This document shows positions 36,401 to 50,449 of a stretch of DNA of 64,000 nucleotides, piece after piece. The notes beneath the pieces were generated by a model. The model saw only the letters and a program-made list of their open reading frames with translations. It was not told where the DNA came from and ran no database searches. The position numbers and the translations under genes are program-made. This stretch comes from Paraphysomonas bandaiensis (lineage: Eukaryota > Protista > Chrysophyceae), in the NCBI GenBank assembly GCA_965644295.1, contig CBFFRP010000069.1, forward strand, positions 1-64,000. Direction: 5' to 3'. Positions within the stretch are counted from its first letter, which is position 1; every line of letters begins with the position of its first letter.

Positions 36401-39400
36401 ACTCGAAGGTTGTGTAAATCAATGAATTCAAGGATATGTTGTGATTTCGAGTTGTAGTTACGATACGATGAAGCGTTTTCATTCTACGAGATGATGTACA
36501 GCGATTGTGGGGACAAGGTAACGGTTCTTACAAAAATACTACCACAGGTATGACCACCTGCATGACTCGAACGAGACTTTTTATGTAAGAGTGAGTTTTA
36601 GATGGCTGTCGCTGGAGAGGCCCGCACTCTAGTGTCAAAAGTTACAAATGATGATGTTGTGACGGTAATATATACCGGCTCTTCTCTCTGTAATAATATT
36701 TTATTAGATGTCACTTTTGCGGCAGAGTTTGGGTCAATCTTTGAGGTTTGTTTAGTCCAACACTTTTTGGAAGTTGTAATTTTACGTTTCATTCGTAGAT
36801 CGATATATGGTCTTGGAAATGGGTTTTACAGCTTGAATCTATCAGTAAAATCTGATAGGTTATACTCTATTTGTCTTTAATTGGAACATTTAAAGCTTTG
36901 TTTGTGTAGAATTTGTCTTTCTAAATTGCTGGAGTTGAATTCCAATGTCATCTCAGTTCGCATGGGTGATAGCAAGCTTGGACACGGTCGCATAGGGGAT
37001 CTCAGTCAGAAGAAGAATTGGTCCTGCTTTCGCAATGAAGTGTATGTGGCGTTTGTACACCTGTTACACTGATGAATCATATATGTTTTCATGCTGGGGA
37101 TAAGGTGTACATCGTGCGATATTTGATAATTTACCCTGACTGAAACAGGATGAATGGGATACCTATTACTATTACATCGGAGCAGTTTACTCCAATGCCA
37201 AAGGTTACATACGTTAAATGTATAATATAATGAATATAATGTGTGTATTTTTTGCAGTCAGGTACAGTGGAGTTTGACTTCTCTGGATGTATACGTCCCC
37301 CTGTTCCACAATCTGCTATCAGTGACTTGAAGTGTACAAAGGTAGGATAGTATTGCTATAATTGGGGTGCCTAATATTTTGACATATGTACAGATATTAG
37401 TTAATTTGGCGCTTATATCAATCGATGAGCGAGTGGCTGCAATGGACTACTTGGGAAAGAGAAAGAAGGAAGCGGCAAAAACACTTCTCGGTCACCAAAT
37501 TAACTTTTGTAGTGAATCAGTTCATGTGGTTTCATGTATTCAGGTGATGGGAACACGGTATTCGAATCATCTTTAGAGCGGGCAAAGGTCATTTCTCGGC
37601 AACGTTGTTTTAATATTCATACTCTTATGTGTCGTAGAAAATATGTGAGCACTCTGACATTTTCTACGCAACCTTGCACGAGAGAGGAAATGATTTAGAA
37701 AATGTAAACGAGGATTATTGGTATGAATATGGAATTTATTAATTACCGCGCGTAGGCGGAAAAAAAGGAAGAAGTTAATGTCAATTTTGTAACGCAAACT
37801 ATGTTACAACGAGTACGTAAATGTATATAGTATTATGCTCTGCTTATATTTTTTTTGTGATACAGAAAGATTCCAACTTGGCTTCACATCCATTCATGAG
37901 ACAAAGGTAGATATTTACTATGATATTCTGTTCCACCTGTGCTTCAGTTTTACTTGTGGCACAAAGTGATATTAGTATCCACTAAGTGCAGCACAAATTG
38001 ATGGTATAGTCATGCTTTTAAATGTATATAACTATACAGCTCTATGACTATTGAAAGTCAACAAGCGGCAACTTCACGACCGGTATGTTGAAGGATAAAT
38101 TTTGTTTTTTTATTGACGTATTAAAATAGGCTGCAAGGTCGTATACAAGGTCTGAAAGGCGATTGGCGGAGCAGGCAAGATAAATATACAGTAATAGTTC
38201 GAATGTTTAAGTTCACTTTTTTTCTAGGATGAAGCGAGAAAAAAGATTAGATCTTTGGTGTACGTATATCTTCCATTGACTTAACTATGGGGTATTGACT
38301 GTTTATACGTGTATTAATTGCAGTATGGCGAGAAACCTTAAACCAGAAGCAAAAGCTGCTAAAATTGTAGAACAGCTGGAAGATTTACTTGGCAGCTTTT
38401 GGCTGCTATCGAGGTGTGGTAAACAATGTGTCATGTATTTTGTCAAAGCTGTTTCTGCCAGACATGTTGCGTGCATAATCCACCACTTCAATTTTGGTAA
38501 AGTGAATCGAACTCCTAATCATGGCACGTATCGGGTATTGGAGACCTATATATAGTTACTCCAATAACCCGCATTTTTTAGGTGGAGTTGGTCGTCGCCC
38601 TATTTTCTCGTATTGTGGATGTTCACAATGTTGAGGTTGAGTGTACGGACTATGGGGCGAAGGATCTAATAGGTTGTTCGTTTTACAGATTATTATGCGC
38701 GAGTTGACGCCAAAAGAAGCGGCTTGTATCTACTGCCGCTTGGGCTGGTACGGAACTGCTATACTTAGCTCACGCTTGTTCTGATGTCTGCAACAGGCTA
38801 AGTATATTTAATCCGATGAAACCAGAGGTATTTTGACGTATTGATGTTGTCCCTATATAACGTATTCATGTCATTGATTGTATAGGGTTCATATGAGCTG
38901 ACAATGAGTCGTTGGGAAGAACGGCAGGTATGAACTTTTTCAATTAATGAATGAGTGCTGAAATTGTTTTTCAGGTTGCTAAAGCATTGGTTACTCTTTC
39001 AGTAACTGAACCGGGTGCCAATTTCGTGGGTATGCGGGAAACGTACTGTGTTCGATGAATTACATTTTTTGTGTACAGATTTGTCTTTCAAATGGGAACG
39101 CGACGTTGAGCCATTGTCACAGTGGGAAGTGCCCCCGAATTGGCTTACCGGTATCTCTAACGCACATTCAATGTACTCGTCTATATATTGACTATTGTTT
39201 TATTTGCAAAATAGAGGAGGGGATGAATAGGAAAGGTATTTTTACTGCAACATTTTACTCCGGTGAAGGAATGGAGCTGAGAGGGTGCAAACCGAATATA
39301 CTTATGAGGAGGTCCTTGTTAAGTATGGTACGGAAGCCTTCCTATTCATGCAATATGACTGTAGAATTTAGATTTTTTCATCGTGATATACGCCAATTTA

Positions 39401-39759
39401 TATCTTTATACGATGTATAGCTTGACATTGTATTGGGTATAAGCGTGTTTTATATGATAGGTGCTAATAAGTGAGAGTGAAATACGTGCGGAAGATGATG
39501 TGTCACCTCTCGACACCACTGGTACTAGCCCGTCAAAGTTAGGAGTTAACTACATGATGAAGAACAAAGGTAGCAGGTACTGTGCGTTTTACGGAGGTTA
39601 TTAACAGTCAATGCAGACAAGTGGTTAAACTATTTCTATCCTATAGCTGGTGGCGCGACGTCTAACCCTAACAGTCCCTCCTCTCCTAAGATCCAATCCC
39701 ACAACTTTTCCCCTCCCACTCCGAAGTCTCCAGCAAATGCTCCCAAATTTTTTGGGTAG
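33433..39759 (+). CDS. Large RNI-like leucine-rich-repeat protein with an EF-hand; 2-kb first exon, then many micro-exons
   Basis: LDLSDNSLTDVG, LDLSENVMG, LDLSNNKIG and LDVSFNALG repeats; EF-hand loop YDIDGSDTIELHE. The 3' exon chain is approximate. Confidence 0.75.
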
Positions 39760-40217
39760 TGCCACATAAATCACACACATAGCAGGAACATCACGTCGTG
39801 TTGAAGCTACACTACAATAAAATGATTTTATGGATTTTTTATAAGAACCTAGAGTGCTTGTATTGCCCTATGACTAAATATATGCTTAATAGTATTTCGT
39901 CGTTTTTTGTACGAAGTATGTACTGCTTTTCGTTTGTAAATGGAACACTATACTTAGCTGTATACATCTAGAATGGTTAGAGACCATTTCACGCATTATT
40001 ATCACTGGATAAAATATGCAATCCTGGTGTAGCATTGAGTGGATAGTACAGCACATGCTGTTGAGTTCTGCTGTATGATGATATATACTGTATATTGTAC
40101 AATTTAAGTGAGATAGTAGTGTGTAATTTGTGAAACAAACTATTCGATTAGGGTCTAACCCTGATAGTAGTGAAAGTGAATTTAGATGGAAAGGAAGTTA
40201 ATTCCGTTGCTGATGTA

Positions 40218-40750
40218 TGTCGGACTCGCACTTTTTCGTGGTGTTTTGGGGGATAAGTACCGAAGATATTTCTCCGGTAAACTAACGTGAGCCGTGAATA
40301 TATCAGAAGATATTGCTCATTGCTCATAGCCGAATGCTTGTGTGGTAAAATGGACACTAATTACTGTCACTTGTGTAGATGATACTTGGCCTTGACGAAT
40401 TAACAGGCGTCCGGGAGTGGCCCCACCTCATGGGCATCCGGGGTATTGGCTGCCCGCTGAAGTCAAGCATCCTGGCTGTTCACCTTAAGGACTAAGAGCG
40501 AAAATGGTTGCATCTTGGTGCTTGCGGTGACACACAAGCAACTTTCGTAGCGCTAAATATAGTAGGATGTCAGAGTTAAGCACTAGATAGTTAAATTGCA
40601 GGAATGCATAATTAGTTCTGACTTTTAAAAGCCAATTGCTAATAATAAGAATATCACTACTTATAGACTTTAATGCAACTTTATGATTTATTGAGTATGA
40701 GGCTAACCTCACTAACACGCCTATTGCTAATAATCAGATATTCACTACTT
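40218..40750 (+). mobile_element. SINE-like family copy (short form) with a duplicated 3' terminal motif
   Basis: Runs from the head GTCGGACTCGCAC... to the tail TAATAATCAGATATTCACTACT. Confidence 0.85.
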
Positions 40751-41118
40751 GTCAATATATATACGATATTTATGGTTGCGACAATGACTGGTGAGCATAC
40801 GATGAACATTAAAAAGGAGAATATATGTTCACCTGATGTTACATGGATAATTTGTTAAGTATTTTGATTAAGATTTATTTCGCCTTTGCAAGTACATAGT
40901 GTGCAACAAATCAAGTTCAAGATTTGCGTACAGCAAGGTTAACTTCAGTGAATGTCTAATTCTAACAGAGACAAGACTTCAACTGGTTAACAACGCCTTA
41001 CAAGCACATTGGTTATACTATCATCCTAGCGAAAATTAAATCCGAAAATTCAAAGTTAGGTAATTTCGGTCTATGTCAATGATTATTATGACAACGTATA
41101 ACATTGTAAAATCAACTG

Positions 41119-43652
41119 CTACACGTATGTTTTGAGTCGATTCTCTTCTGCAGACAGCAATTTAATCTTCTCTTCTTCAATATTCGGCACAACTCCGAGA
41201 TAACCTTGGCTGCTAGAATAGGAATCATCCACACTACCTTCCTGAATTCTGTGCACGTATATGAGTCGACACTTTACCAACGAAATAGAGTTTCTACAAT
41301 TGTACCTTACTGACGACCTCTTGATATAGGAGTAGTAGAGTCCCATGGTCAGAATAACAAATAGCAAAATGCCTGATTAAGTATTAAGGGACTAGTCAAA
41401 GGTTTTTTGTGAATATACCAATCGACAGTCCAGCTGCTTTAGATGCGTTTGATCTGACGCCATTGATGCTATCATCAATACTATCGCGCACCCAATATGC
41501 AGGGGGAACGGTCTCTTCAACAGAACTCTTTTCAATACTGTTACCGTCATAGTCATAATTTGCGTCATGAACCGTACTGTACGATGGAATATCATCATCG
41601 TCGTCGTCCGAAGGAGGAGCAACATCATCGTCGAAGAAAGATGAGTCCCTGGCGGTGTGAACCTTCAAAGATTTGTAATATTCTGGGTGGGAAAATAGCC
41701 ACACACCGGTTATTAACAGCATTGGGTGTAGCGACAACTCACCATCACTCAACAGCGGAATATCTGCAAAAGACTCGTCATCCAAAAAGCGTTTCATCAT
41801 ATCTAAAGATACATCGGGCTTGTCCATGGGAACAAGATGCCCAGAGTTTCTAACTATCAGAAACGAGAGATTTCCCAATACATGAAACTCCCCTGCTACT
41901 TCGGGGCCAAATCTCATCAAGCTCCTCTCTGCTTCACCCCATGACCTGAGGGTTATAATTTTTCATTGCTGATTCTCAAGCGAATAAGACAGAGAATACC
42001 TTCCTCCAGACCAGGTATTCGCTTCCAGAGTATGTATAGTTCCTATGGTGTTGCAGTTGAGGTCTGTTGACCCACTGTACAACAATACTCTGCACAAATG
42101 AGTTATTAGATACAACGTGACATTGTCATAATTAGGCCTGCACCTGATATATTTAGTGATATAAGCGAGGGCAGGCACAGCGCTGACTGGGTGATCTCGC
42201 CGCATAGCGCTGTTTATGTTGTCATTACACTGCATCCACATACGAGGAGCAAATTCGCCATCAGCAGTAAGTAACATATTTCGTTCTTCGGGTTGAAAAT
42301 TTACCCCTGGTATTTGTCGTCCACGCACATGAATCATGCGTTGTATCTCGGGATCATTCATGTAGGCTGATAGCCGCACCCATAGGTGATCATAGGATTG
42401 AAAAGTCGCAGTATTGTATTCATTAGGTCGTCCAGCAGCATTCAAAACTTCACCCATCATATTGCAATGGTCAAATGTGCCCCGATCTAGCGGTCGACCC
42501 GCATACTGAGCACTCTCTATACATTCCGTCCATTTACGATCAAAGTATTGCTTTGCAGAGAGAGGTATGAAACCATTTACATACATGAATTCGGCATAGG
42601 AGGGGTTCTGAATCATCTGATCAATTGCACCATTTCCAATAGCTGCCCCTTGTAAGTTGATGTGTTTAAACTTTTCAGCTGAAACAATTGTTACAATATG
42701 CAGCTAGAATGAATACGACATACCTCCATAGTCACCATTGGTTTGCTTGCGCAGAATGTGGTCAGCAATCCTGAAATTTCCACAGATATGGAAGCAATTA
42801 TCATATTATAGCCAAGTATTCATATATCGCACCATGGTATGTATGATCCAGCGTACGATTCTCCACTGATATATACCGGCATATTTTCCAGGAAAGGGAA
42901 AGTCTGTCCATGGGATAGTCGAGATCGTAACTGCCATGTGAACAGTTTGTCATAACACCCACCTGAATGAGATTCGACAAAAAGCCCCTGAAATCCCTCG
43001 CAACTTGAATTTCACTGCGAGTTTTTGCGGCCCCCGCTGCTGCTAATGAGAACCCAGTCCTACGACACTAATGAAACTAGATAAGAATAGCAAGAAATAC
43101 GTACCTAATAGGCTGCTCGACATATATGACATGAGCCTCCTCACTCCAGCTATACTGGTTATATTGCAAGGTCTTCGTTTCATTCCAGTCCATCAAATTG
43201 AAAGGGCTATGTGGGTCATGTCAGTTCAGCACAGTTATGGACAACTGACAACTTTACCCGTTTTCGTAATGCATACCCAGCATAGAAGAGCAACCTGGTC
43301 CACCATTCTGCATCGTGCTATTTATAAGTAACATAATACCGTAATGATATTCAAACTCACCAGCCATATTAACAACTTTTCCTCTCCAGTCTTACGCTTA
43401 GCAGGCCTCTGCATAGTCATCCAAAAAAAGAAATTCCCCTCATCATTCCTGTCTCTGTGTATGGGCATATATCCCGCATACATCTCTAAATATATGCATA
43501 TTATATAACTCAACATATATATAAATAGTGTTGACACCTTCGTTTATTCCATACTTATCGAAGCCAGAGACTGAATAATCATCTGCTGACCAGAGAAGTG
43601 CACAGGAAACACGTAGCAATGTAGTGGTTGCAATGAAAAGTAGTCGATACAT
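41119..43652 (-). CDS. Serine carboxypeptidase, family S10 (KEX1-like: acidic stretch plus C-terminal TM), multi-exon
   Basis: Signal peptide, IWL|NGGPGCSS, QP|VGTGFS, GESYAG, DLNC and SGHLVPMDKP motifs. Confidence 0.9.
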
Positions 43653-44139
43653 TGCAGTAAGTGGAAATCAAGCACAGAATGCAATGGGAATGAAGCCACT
43701 CGAATATAATGCCGGGTGGGTGGATCATTGTCTTGTCAGTTGACAGTCAGTTGGAAACATATGTATGATATCCGCTCCATATCCTCCACATGCATATATG
43801 GGCCATCTGATGGATATGGTATACAGCTATACAGCAGTATACGGTATACAGCTGTAGCTACTATATCCTGCACCCATTATCTGCTGCTGGTGAGGACGAG
43901 CCATAAACGTTTCATATCAATGGTGAGTGTGACCATATGCTACCCAGACAGTTGCTGCGAACACAGTTAACCACAGACCATATCCTAAATATAAACACTG
44001 GGGCATATCACTCCAATTACCCGCATTGCCCAGTTAGTTTCCATTGCTATACTCTACGCCCTCTGAAATTAGTCAGTGTGTTAATTCAATATCAATTTAT
44101 TTGGAGTGTCATTCACATCATATATCACACACTTATACC

Positions 44140-45018
44140 ATGTCTGATTATACAGCAGTTGTAAAATCGACTCCACGAATTATTAAAGCTAGAGAAAATC
44201 GCAACCCAATTTTGGCAGAAAAAACTCCGCGTACCGTTTACCAATCCAAGAAATGGAATTACGATATTCCGAAGGGTCCAGAGGAAAAGAGAAGGTGGGT
44301 TGAGCCTATCAAAGAGGATTCTATCATTTCCATGTTTGATTCTGTAAAAGATAAAGTTGCGGCGGAAAGGTTGCGTGAAGAGGCATATGAGGCAAGAATG
44401 AAGGAGTTTGAGAGAAAACAGTCGTTGCCACAGGAGCCACAGGTGTCGACTAGGTCAACCTCCCGTTCATCTCACCCTTGTGATTCCACACGAATCGGCT
44501 CTGGACGGACTGCACGCACAGAAACGAACAGAACGGGTAGAGAAGATTATGAACAGCAATCAGGACGCATGCCAAGTGTACGGGAGAAATCATTATCTGA
44601 CTTCCCTGTTGGTGCCCTGATGACTATGCAAAAAGAGCGTCCCGAGGTCCTCGCTAAACGTCGTGCAGAGAGGGCCGCCAAATTTGTGCAGAGTCTGAAA
44701 CATCCACTGGATCCTCCCGACCACCAGTCTATGTCATCGCGTGTACCATTTCGCCCTGGAGGGACTTCAACGCTACTACCTACTAGTGACACCAAGCCTA
44801 AGGGAAATGGAGGGGGAAAGTATAAGACTAAAACAGCAACCACAGCAACTGGCATCGCGGTGTCTGCTCGTGATGTAGACACAGCCCGAATGAAAGAGAG
44901 TTTGAAGAGCCTTGTAGATGCTCTCGAAAATACCGAACAAGAAATAGCTAGGCAAGATCTCAAGATTGCATTATCGAAGAAAGTGAAAACATACGAAAAG
45001 AAAGGAAGTAAAGTGTAA
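44140..45018 (+). CDS. Hypothetical basic protein with a C-terminal coiled coil
   Basis: Open 292-codon ORF from the first ATG. No recognisable domain. Confidence 0.65.
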   Translation: MSDYTAVVKSTPRIIKARENRNPILAEKTPRTVYQSKKWNYDIPKGPEEKRRWVEPIKEDSIISMFDSVKDKVAAERLREEAYEARMKEFERKQSLPQEPQVSTRSTSRSSHPCDSTRIGSGRTARTETNRTGREDYEQQSGRMPSVREKSLSDFPVGALMTMQKERPEVLAKRRAERAAKFVQSLKHPLDPPDHQSMSSRVPFRPGGTSTLLPTSDTKPKGNGGGKYKTKTATTATGIAVSARDVDTARMKESLKSLVDALENTEQEIARQDLKIALSKKVKTYEKKGSKV

Positions 45019-45299
45019 CTACTTTGCAGTATTGTAAACGTTTTTATTTGTAATCTCGTATTTGAGTTTGTAGAGGACGTAATATGTATCGTAGCAAGTC
45101 GTGTGCCTTGTATTTCATAATACTTGGTATGTAGTCGTAATCATTATTTTATAAAATGGTATTGGTATCATTGGACTAGCTGTAATATATATCTTTTTTC
45201 GTTCTTTTTTCATTCGTGCATTACTGTAATTAGTATTGTTATTTTCTAACTATGTCGTCTTATCTAGCTAAATGAAGCTTATTACTCAGTACAAAGGAA

Positions 45300-46857
45300 C
45301 AACATTGGAGGCGTGTTAGAGTCAGAACTAATGTAGCAAAACAAATTAACTAACTACAGTGCTTAACCGATATCATACTATTTGGAGCTACGAAAGCTGC
45401 TTGTGCGTCACCGTAAGCACTAAGGTACAACCACTTTCGCTCTCTGTCCTTAAGACTTAAGAAGGTGAACTAGCCGGAATTCTTGACTTCAGTAGGCAGC
45501 CCAATACCCCGGATCAAGATACCCATGAGATGGGCCCATTCTCTGATTCCTTTTTATTTGTCAAGGCCAAAAATCATCTACACAAGTGACACTAATTAGT
45601 GTCCATTGTACCGCGAAAGCATTTTGCTATGAGTGTACAGATCAAGATGTTCTGACCACAATATTCTGTAACATTTAATTATTTTGGCAACAATTTCCAA
45701 TTTTATATTAATGTCATTGACTGGACTTCAGGATATTTGAGTCCGTAAGGAAAACATCCCGGATGCTTGACTTCAGCAGGCAGTACAATACCCCGGCTAC
45801 TCCTCAGGTGTGTACAATAGTTGCATATATGCAATCATAACTTTGTTAGAAGTTTATTCTTCAGTATAGAGGTGCCGGCAAGTATATATATATTATATGT
45901 ATCTGTGATGTAGGTGTTATATTTACTAAAACAATTTAGAAGTATTTCCATTCCTGATATTCAGTGCAACACTTAATAATATCAGGCTTGCGTAAAATTA
46001 CTTGACGTTTAATTATTAAGAAATACCCAGAGATCAAATTAATGGTATTGATATAAAATTGGAAGTTGTCGCCAATAATTAATTGTTACACAAACCTACT
46101 GATACCTAATAATATTGTTGTTAGTATATCTTTATCTGCCCACTCATAGCCTAATAATGCTTGTGTGCTACAAGGGATATTAATTGGTGTCACTTGTGTA
46201 GACGACTTTGGGCCTTGACAAAAAAACAGGCATCCGGGAATGGGCCCACCTTAAGGACTCAAAAAACCTGAAGTTAGCAGATGTCAGGTACATCAAAATT
46301 CTGCTTGTTCACTGCGTTTTATTTGAGTGACAGAGCGAAAGTGGTTGCAACTTGGCACTTTCAGCAACGTCAAGCACCTTTCGTAGTGCCAAGTTGCAAC
46401 CACTTTCGAAGAGTTAAGCTCTAGTTAGAGTATAATAAATGTCTGATTATTAGCAACAGGCGTATTAGAGTCAGAACTAATGTAGCAAAACAAATTAACT
46501 AACTACAGTGCTTAACTCCGATATCATACTATTTGGAGCTACGAAAGCTGCTTGTGCGTCACCGTAAGCACTAAGGTACAACCACTTTCGCTCTCTGTCC
46601 TTAAGACTTAAAAAGCTTGACTTCAGTAGGCACTCTAATACCCCGGATCCCGGATACCCATGAGATGGGCCCATTCCCGGGTCTACACAAGTGACACTAA
46701 TTAGTGTCCATTGTACCACAAAAGCATTTTGCTATGAGTGTGCAGATGAAGATATGCTGACTATAGACACGGCTCACTTTAGTTTACCGGAGAAATATCT
46801 CCGGTACTTATACCCCAGAACACTACGAAAAGGTGCGAGTCCGGCTTTGTTGAGGCC
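45300..46857. mobile_element. Nest of SINE-like copies and hAT-MITE end fragments forming inverted arrangements
   Basis: Family copies at ~45300-45660 (-), 45720-45810 (-), 46130-46400 (+) and 46440-46857 (-). TIR-like CAGGCTTGCGTAA at ~45983. Confidence 0.8.
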
Positions 46858-47344
46858 CTAGCTAGTGAACTTGCAATGCTAAAATAGTTCTAAATCTAGT
46901 AATAACACACTTACTAGTACTTTATACTGCTGTAATTAATGTAAATATATTTATACTATAGACTGAAGGTTCTTTTTCTTCTATTCACACCGTGTTTGAC
47001 TTCTTGTATCAGACATAAATGAATACACAGTACACCCCTATAGTTAAATACACGATATATGATATTCAACAGAAAAATACTTTTGTAATACATCAGTCAG
47101 ATATCGATGGAAAAGTCACCAAAACGTCTGTATCACCAAATATTTTACTACCTACGAATCATATAACCTACTATTCTCTAAAAAAAATTCATGATGCATG
47201 AACTTCATAGAAAAGCACTTGCTGTAATACGAGTACATCGCGAAAATATGATAGGGTTGAAAGACAAAAACTAATTCAAATTAGCAAGGCACCACAAACA
47301 ACTGCTTGACAAAATCATGACATCGCGAAAAATCTAAACTCTAA

Positions 47345-49912
47345 CTATGTTGATACATGATTTGGTGTAGTGTCTTGAACAGACAACATCCCAGCATTCA
47401 CTCGGGTCTCCGTGTCCCCATCATCATACTTGACATCGAATGTCCCATCCCCACGATCACGTGTTATCACTGCAGGAAATGCCTTCGATTTTCCACGATA
47501 CCGAGCATTAACCTTCGTACCTTCCTTGAGAGTAGAATGCTCTACTACATATGGTGTTGGTGCTTTATGATTTGGTGTAGTGTCTTGAACAAACAACATC
47601 CCAGCATTTACTCGGGTCTCCGTGTCCCCATCATCATACTTGACATCGAATGTCCCATCCCCACGATCACGTGTTATCACTGCAGGAAATGCCTTCGATT
47701 TTCCACGATACCGAGCATTAACCTTCATACCTTCCTTGAGAGTAGAATGCTCTACTACATATGGTGTTGGTGCTACATGATTTGGTGTAGTGTCTTGAAC
47801 AGACAACATCCCAGCATTTACTCGGGTCTCCGTGTCCCCATCATCATACTTGACATCGAATGTCCCATCCCCACGATCACGTGTTATCACTGCAGGAAAT
47901 GCCTTCGATTTTCCACGATACCGAGCATTAACCTTCGTACCTTCCTTGAGAGTAGAATGCTCTACTACATATGGTGTTGGTGCTTTATGATTTGGTGTAG
48001 TGTCTTGAACAGACAACATCCCAGCATTCACTCGGGTCTCCGTGTCCCCATCATCATACTTGACATCGAATGTCCCATCCCCACGATCACGTGTTATCAC
48101 TGCAGGAAATGCCTTCGATTTTCCACGATACCGAGCATTAACCTTCGTACCTTCCTTGAGAGTAGAATGCTCTACTACATATGGTGTTGGTGCTTTATGA
48201 TTTGGTGTAGTGTCTTGAACAGACAACATCCCAGCATTTACTCGGGTCTCCGTGTCCCCATCATCATACTTGATATCGAATGTCCCATCCCCACGATCAC
48301 GTGTTATCACTGCAGGAAATGCCTTCGATTTTCCACGATACCGAGCATTAACCTTCATACCTTCCTTGAGAGTAGAATGCTCTACTACATATGGTGTTGG
48401 TGCTACATGATTTGGTGTAGTGTCTTGAACAGACAACATCCCAGCATTTACTCGGGTCTCCGTGTCCCCATCATCATACTTGACATCGAATGTCCCATCC
48501 CCACGATCACGTGTTATCACTGCAGGAAATGCCTTCGATTTTCCACGATACCGAGCATTAACCTTCGTACCTTCCTTGAGAGTAGAATGCTCTACTACAT
48601 ATGGTGTTGGTGCTTTATGATTTGGTGTAGTGTCTTGAACAGACAACATCCCAGCATTCACTCGGGTCTCCGTGTCCCCATCATCATACTTGACATCGAA
48701 TGTCCCATCCCCACGATCACGTGTTATCACTGCAGGAAATGCCTTCGATTTTCCACGATACCGAGCATTAACCTTCGTACCTTCCTTGAGAGTAGAATGC
48801 TCTACTACATATGGTGTTGGTGCTTTATGATTTGGTGTAGTGTCTTGAACAAACAACATCCCAGCATTTACTCGGGTCTCCGTGTCCCCATCATCATACT
48901 TGACATCGAATGTCCCATCCCCACGATCACGTGTTATCACTGCAGGAAATGCCTTCGATTTTCCACGATACCGAGCATTAACCTTCATACCTTCCTTGAG
49001 AGTAGAATGCTCTACTACATATGGTGTTGGTGCTACATGATTTGGTGTAGTGTCTTGAACAGACAACATCCCAGCATTTACTCGGGTCTCCGTGTCCCCA
49101 TCATCATACTTGACATCGAATGTCCCATCCCCACGATCACGTGTTATCACTGCAGGAAATGCCTTCGATTTTCCACGATACCGAGCATTAACCTTCATGC
49201 CTTCCTTGAAAGTAGGCTGAGGTGCGACGGTGGAAAGATGTTTCGGTATTGTTTTCACCATGACTCGTTTGTGTGTAACACTCTTGTGTGTACTGTCCGC
49301 CTTTTTGATTACATTAAGCTCTGTGTCTGTATTTGTAGTTTCATCTATATTCCGCGTTTACAATGTCAATAAAATTAATAATTTTAAGTGTTAAGTCATA
49401 CCTTGTTGCCTTGTTTTCCACCGCATGGCATCAGCAAAAACAATCCGGTCTGTCGAATTTGCGGTAGTTTGCAGGGGATCCTGCCACTGCATGGAAAAGT
49501 CTCTCTCTCGAACCAACGAGGGTTTCACAATTCGACCACCTTCCTGTTCTAGCCAGTGCTCCTCCCACTGTGCACCACGATCAGATTTTTCTGTGCGATA
49601 TCCAGATGTCCCCAGTAGCATATCACTCTCTTCGCCGTCCTTTTCCTCCCCCATATTCTGATAAATAAAGTGAATCAAAATACCACAAAACAGCACTCCC
49701 ACGACGGAAAACATAATTGCGATAGCTTTTATTCGGAATTCGACTGTTCTATTGGCTTCATTTTGTGTGACGGTTGGGGCAAGAGTTACAGAGGATGCCT
49801 GTGGTGGGTTCGCTACAGTATAGGTCGGCTGTAGGGTTGGTATGTCTGTGCATTGGGCAGCTTCCAACAGAAGCGATAAAATAGATATAGGGATAACTTT
49901 GAGTAGACACAT
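47345..49912 (-). CDS. Predicted type-I membrane protein: signal peptide, S/T/P-rich ectodomain, one TM, cytoplasmic array of 9 Tudor/Agenet-like domains (exons 49912-49402, 49344-47345)
   Basis: A 57-nt GT-AG intron (49401-49345) joins the two ORFs in frame (QQ-D-ETTNT...RVMVKT). The repeat EGMKVNARYRGKSKAFPAVITRDRGDGTFDVKYDDGDTETRV fits the Tudor pattern. Confidence 0.75.
47350..49210 (-). repeat. 210-bp coding tandem repeat x9 with a 630-bp higher-order pattern
   Basis: Units are nearly identical. Diagnostic variants (M/T, V/K) recur every third unit. Confidence 0.95.
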
Positions 49913-50449
49913 ACGTGCGCTTATGTATAATGGAGTAAATGTGAAACTGTTATTATAATTATATAGCAGTGAACAAGAAGCTAAGGGTACATACTGCACT
50001 CTAGTTAATGGAGTACCATGTACCCCCGATAATAGAAATACACAAGAACAGATTAGCAAAATGATCCGTGTGGTTGCTTCTCTGTGATGTGTTGTGGTTT
50101 ATGTACATGATTCGCATCTTATCATAGAAACGATCTTGAAGGTACTTACAGAAAATACTGTACACTGAAACGTTAGCTATGTGCTGTCTCGAATATTTGA
50201 TTTTCGCACGATATGGCTCTAAAATAGCAGGATTTTAGGAAAAAACGATATATCTGCTGCAGCACAGAGTGGTGTACCTACTGTACAGTACAAGTACAAG
50301 GAATAGTACCACAGCAGTGTACTTAAATCGTTGTTAACTCACTGTGGCTGGCTTGGATAAACAGCAACAAATACCTAGAAGACGATTGGAGAATCTCGTT
50401 TGTCTTGAATTTAGTTAACTGTTTTACCGTGTAGGGTAATCATTGGTTG

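Noticed and set aside
47357-49372. 671-aa Cys-rich + strand ORF
   Set aside because: Antisense shadow of the 210-bp Tudor repeat.
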